Virus record (IMG/VR): IMGVR_UViG_3300024232_000040
Location: 1-37,748 of that record
Reading direction: 5' to 3' (one strand)
DNA: 37,748 bases
DNA from: a virus
Taxonomy: Duplodnaviria; Caudoviricetes
Shown here: positions 35,238-37,748 of the stretch, piece by piece
Numbering within the stretch: position 1 is the stretch's first letter
Layout: each line of letters begins with the position of its first letter
The notes under the pieces: generated by a model
Told to the model about the DNA's origin: nothing
The model's input: the letters and a program-made list of their open reading frames with translations, nothing else
The model's database searches: none
Program-made: the position numbers and the translations under genes

Positions 35238-35945
35238 CTATTTACACAGTGGCCCACTATAGCCATTGGGGGTCCCAGTAATCCTAAGGACCGTTGGCGA
35301 TGTGCGTTTCAGGCTCCAGTCGAACATATTCGTAAGTTTATTGGTATTCAGGGCTGCCCGTAGCAAATTGGCCTTCGAGGAACTAACAAAAGTATCCAGT
35401 TGATGCTCATGGGGAGGCTGGGCTAACTTTTCAAACAACCATCTCCATTGGTCTTGTCCCCATTGGCTATTGGTGCGTCGCTTGGAAAGATAGTCGGATT
35501 TAAGTTGGGCAAGCTTATCTGGAGAATTTGCTTTCAAGGTATTCGCTATCAGGGTCGTTGATACTCCAAGCTTTTTACTGGCTTCGCTAGGGTGTAAGCC
35601 ATCGACCAAAAGCGCCTTAAGTAGCCGCTTTGTTCTTCTATTGCGGCCTTGGTTGAACTTTTTGGACCTCTTTTCCTTGGAACCCTTTCTCCATAGCCTT
35701 AGGATTCTGTCGGCAGCATAGTCTGAAGCCTCAGTTAGCGTGGGGGCCGGATGAGAGGATAGGTGAAATCCATCCCACCTTCTCTTGCCGCCGTAATCTA
35801 CAAATGGCACTAGCCCTTTATGATCGCGGACGTACTTGTTCAAGCTAGAGATTATAGTTGGGTCTGGTCCGGTCCAGTCTTGGTGACCACGAATCCGCGA
35901 TACGAACATTTCATACTCTAGCGGGTAAGATAGAAACGCCTTCAT
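35238..35945 (-). CDS. hypothetical protein with HTH-like segment (moron-like, more AT-rich)
   Basis: GLHPSEASKKLGVSTTLI; antisense to the head operon. Confidence 0.65.
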   Translation of the reverse strand: MKAFLSYPLEYEMFVSRIRGHQDWTGPDPTIISSLNKYVRDHKGLVPFVDYGGKRRWDGFHLSSHPAPTLTEASDYAADRILRLWRKGSKEKRSKKFNQGRNRRTKRLLKALLVDGLHPSEASKKLGVSTTLIANTLKANSPDKLAQLKSDYLSKRRTNSQWGQDQWRWLFEKLAQPPHEHQLDTFVSSSKANLLRAALNTNKLTNMFDWSLKRTSPTVLRITGTPNGYSGPLCK

Positions 35946-36091
35946 TTTTTGGTGGGTGTTTTTGCGGCCATTGATCGAATAGCAATTTCCAATGCGCCGG
36001 TTTGGCTTATTCCTAGGGTTTCGGATAGCATAGCTAGCAAACGCAATGCTTCCACCGTCAGCCTAAAGCTGGTGGCACGTTTTTCCTTCAT
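35942..36091 (-). CDS. ribbon-helix-helix (CopG/Arc-like) protein
   Basis: MKEKRATSFRLTVEALRLLAMLSETLGISQTGALEIAIR; ATGA-coupled. Confidence 0.75.
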   Translation of the reverse strand: MKEKRATSFRLTVEALRLLAMLSETLGISQTGALEIAIRSMAAKTPTKK

Positions 36092-36247
36092 GCTGGATCG
36101 TACCGCAAAATGCGGCAACCGGCAAGTTAATAATTTTTTCAGTAAAACCAGCCGTAGACCCAAGAAAAAGCACCGCTTACCGGGCGTCGCCAAGGCCACG
36201 CATCGCTAAGTGCTGCCGATTTTGGCTACCGCACAACAAGGAGAAGT

Positions 36248-37612
36248 ATGACCGCAACTGAGATGCCGAGCGCAGGCGAAGCGCAACTTGAAACAGACGT
36301 GTTCTCCGAGCTTGGCTCGACGCTAGGAGACGCCTACACAGAAGCTACAAACGAAGCAGCAACCGCCGAAGCTGGCGCAGAGGAAGTACCGGGCGGAGAA
36401 GCGCCGACAACGCCACCTGCACCGGGAGAAGCCGCGCCACAGACTCCTGGCGGAGAAGGGCCGACCGCCGACGCTCCGTATCAGCTTTCTGAGGATGGGA
36501 ACAGCTACATCGTGCCCAAAGCGGAAATTGCGACCTTCAACGGGATGAAGGAGTACGCGACACAGGTTCAGAACTACTTTCCGACCGCACAGGATGCGAA
36601 ATTCGCGGCGGATGAGCAATCGGACTGGCGTTTGCTGCGCTCTGACTTCGTTGCTGGCGGCGATCAGCAGATTGATCAGATTATCGGCTACTTCATGGGC
36701 AACAACGCCCAAGATTTGAACGAAAAGTTCCAATATCAGAACTCGTTCGCGCGCATGGCCGAAAAGCTTCCGCAGGCGCTCAAGGCGCTGAGCGATCCTA
36801 ACCGGCCAACCTTCGGTAAAGACGTTTACAGCAAGATAGAGTCGAGCATTCTGAACGACCGCATCGAGGAAGCCTATCAGAAAGCAATCAATGAAGGCGA
36901 CCTGAACAACCCGGACGACGAACTACTCAAAGTCGCGCAATATCTCGACTGGAGCGTCAACGGGAAGTTTCGAACGAACGATCAGACCCTCCAACAGCAG
37001 TATCGGGTCCAGGGGCTCAAGCCGGTCGATAAGCGCGAGCAGGAAGCACAGCAGCTTTCGCAGCGCGAACAGCAGATCCAGAAGCAGGCAAAGGATTTGC
37101 AGGATCGCGACTTCGAAGGATGGAACAAGCAGGTTCTCGACGGTCAAAAGTGGGCGCAGTTTGACGCCGAAATCGACAAGATTCTGGCTCCGGTCAAAGA
37201 CAAATACGATCCAGAGATTTTCTCGGCGGTTCGTCGGCAGACTCGCGACAAGGTAATCGATGCCATCAAGCAAGACGCGCTATTCGCCCGGAACCATTCG
37301 AGCGACCGCGCGATGATCGAATCGCAATTCCGCAATGCCTGGGATCGACGCGAAAACCCCGCAGCCCTTCAGCCTCGCGCCCAGACATACATCAACGATT
37401 TTTTGGCCCGCGTAAAGAAGTACACCCCTTCCATCGCGGCCCCGTTACTCAAAAATGCCACCGCAGCAGCCGTGGCAAAGCCCAGAGCCGCTCAGCCTAC
37501 GCCAAAGCCTAGGACCGCCGCTCCTCCGAACGGGCAACAGCCACCGGCCAAACCGGGACATTACAACATTTTCGAAGATCCCGAGTTCAAGCAGTACACC
37601 ACGGTAAAGTAA
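36248..37612 (+). CDS. probable capsid scaffolding protein
   Basis: AAGGAG RBS; acidic/Pro N-terminus, Q-rich coiled coil, Pro-rich C-terminus; lies between portal and next gene. Confidence 0.65.
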   Translation: MTATEMPSAGEAQLETDVFSELGSTLGDAYTEATNEAATAEAGAEEVPGGEAPTTPPAPGEAAPQTPGGEGPTADAPYQLSEDGNSYIVPKAEIATFNGMKEYATQVQNYFPTAQDAKFAADEQSDWRLLRSDFVAGGDQQIDQIIGYFMGNNAQDLNEKFQYQNSFARMAEKLPQALKALSDPNRPTFGKDVYSKIESSILNDRIEEAYQKAINEGDLNNPDDELLKVAQYLDWSVNGKFRTNDQTLQQQYRVQGLKPVDKREQEAQQLSQREQQIQKQAKDLQDRDFEGWNKQVLDGQKWAQFDAEIDKILAPVKDKYDPEIFSAVRRQTRDKVIDAIKQDALFARNHSSDRAMIESQFRNAWDRRENPAALQPRAQTYINDFLARVKKYTPSIAAPLLKNATAAAVAKPRAAQPTPKPRTAAPPNGQQPPAKPGHYNIFEDPEFKQYTTVK

Positions 37613-37637
37613 TCCCAATTTCTCAAAGGAGCCAACA

Positions 37638-37748
37638 ATGGCTATCGGACAGTACAGTTCTCAGGTAGTTGCGACCATGCTTGAAAAAGTGCGGCCAAAG
37701 CTTTCCTATTTTCTCACCCGCAGCGAATCCAAATTCGCCCAACTCTTC
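37638..37748 (+). CDS. probable major capsid protein, 5' fragment
   Basis: AAGGAG RBS; MAIGQYSSQVVATMLEKVRPKL; position after the scaffold; runs off the window. Confidence 0.55.
   Translation, partial: MAIGQYSSQVVATMLEKVRPKLSYFLTRSESKFAQLF

Noticed and set aside
1-37748. tRNA genes, integrase/att sites, host assignment
   Set aside because: I noticed no cloverleaf with a T-loop consensus and no recombinase. No host genes are present, so prophage versus free phage and host taxon cannot be decided.

Overview
This is a 37.7-kb segment of a tailed phage or prophage (GC-rich by eye); the host cannot be determined from the sequence. In order along the window: (i) 1-2.5 kb, plus-strand accessory genes, including a YfdP/YfdQ(DUF2303)-like pair with a frameshift and a DUF1064 nuclease. 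(ii) 2.5-6.3 kb, a compact operon: J-domain/pseudokinase fusion, an inserted HNH gene, a vWA protein and a PurA-like enzyme whose aspartate-binding loop is replaced. (iii) 6.3-9.4 kb, a non-coding stretch that folds by eye into a ~870-nt nested, pseudoknotted RNA. It is split by a 2.2-kb IS1595-family element carrying three in-frame, zero-gap phage-type passenger genes. (iv) 9.4-17.2 kb, two convergent arrays of small genes that meet at an apparent deletion junction; the minus array starts at a DUF932 gene and has repeated leader motifs. (v) 17.4-26.9 kb, a terS-like gene, HNH genes, an HTH protein, membrane and secreted proteins, a metallopeptidase and a TnpB. (vi) 26.9-37.7 kb, packaging and head genes: TerL with an extra degenerate nuclease-like domain, virion-type proteins, portal, scaffold and the start of a probable capsid gene. 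The strongest novelty candidates are the IS-split large structured RNA and the adjacent J-kinase/vWA/PurA-like operon. All calls come from motif reading; no searches or folding programs were run.
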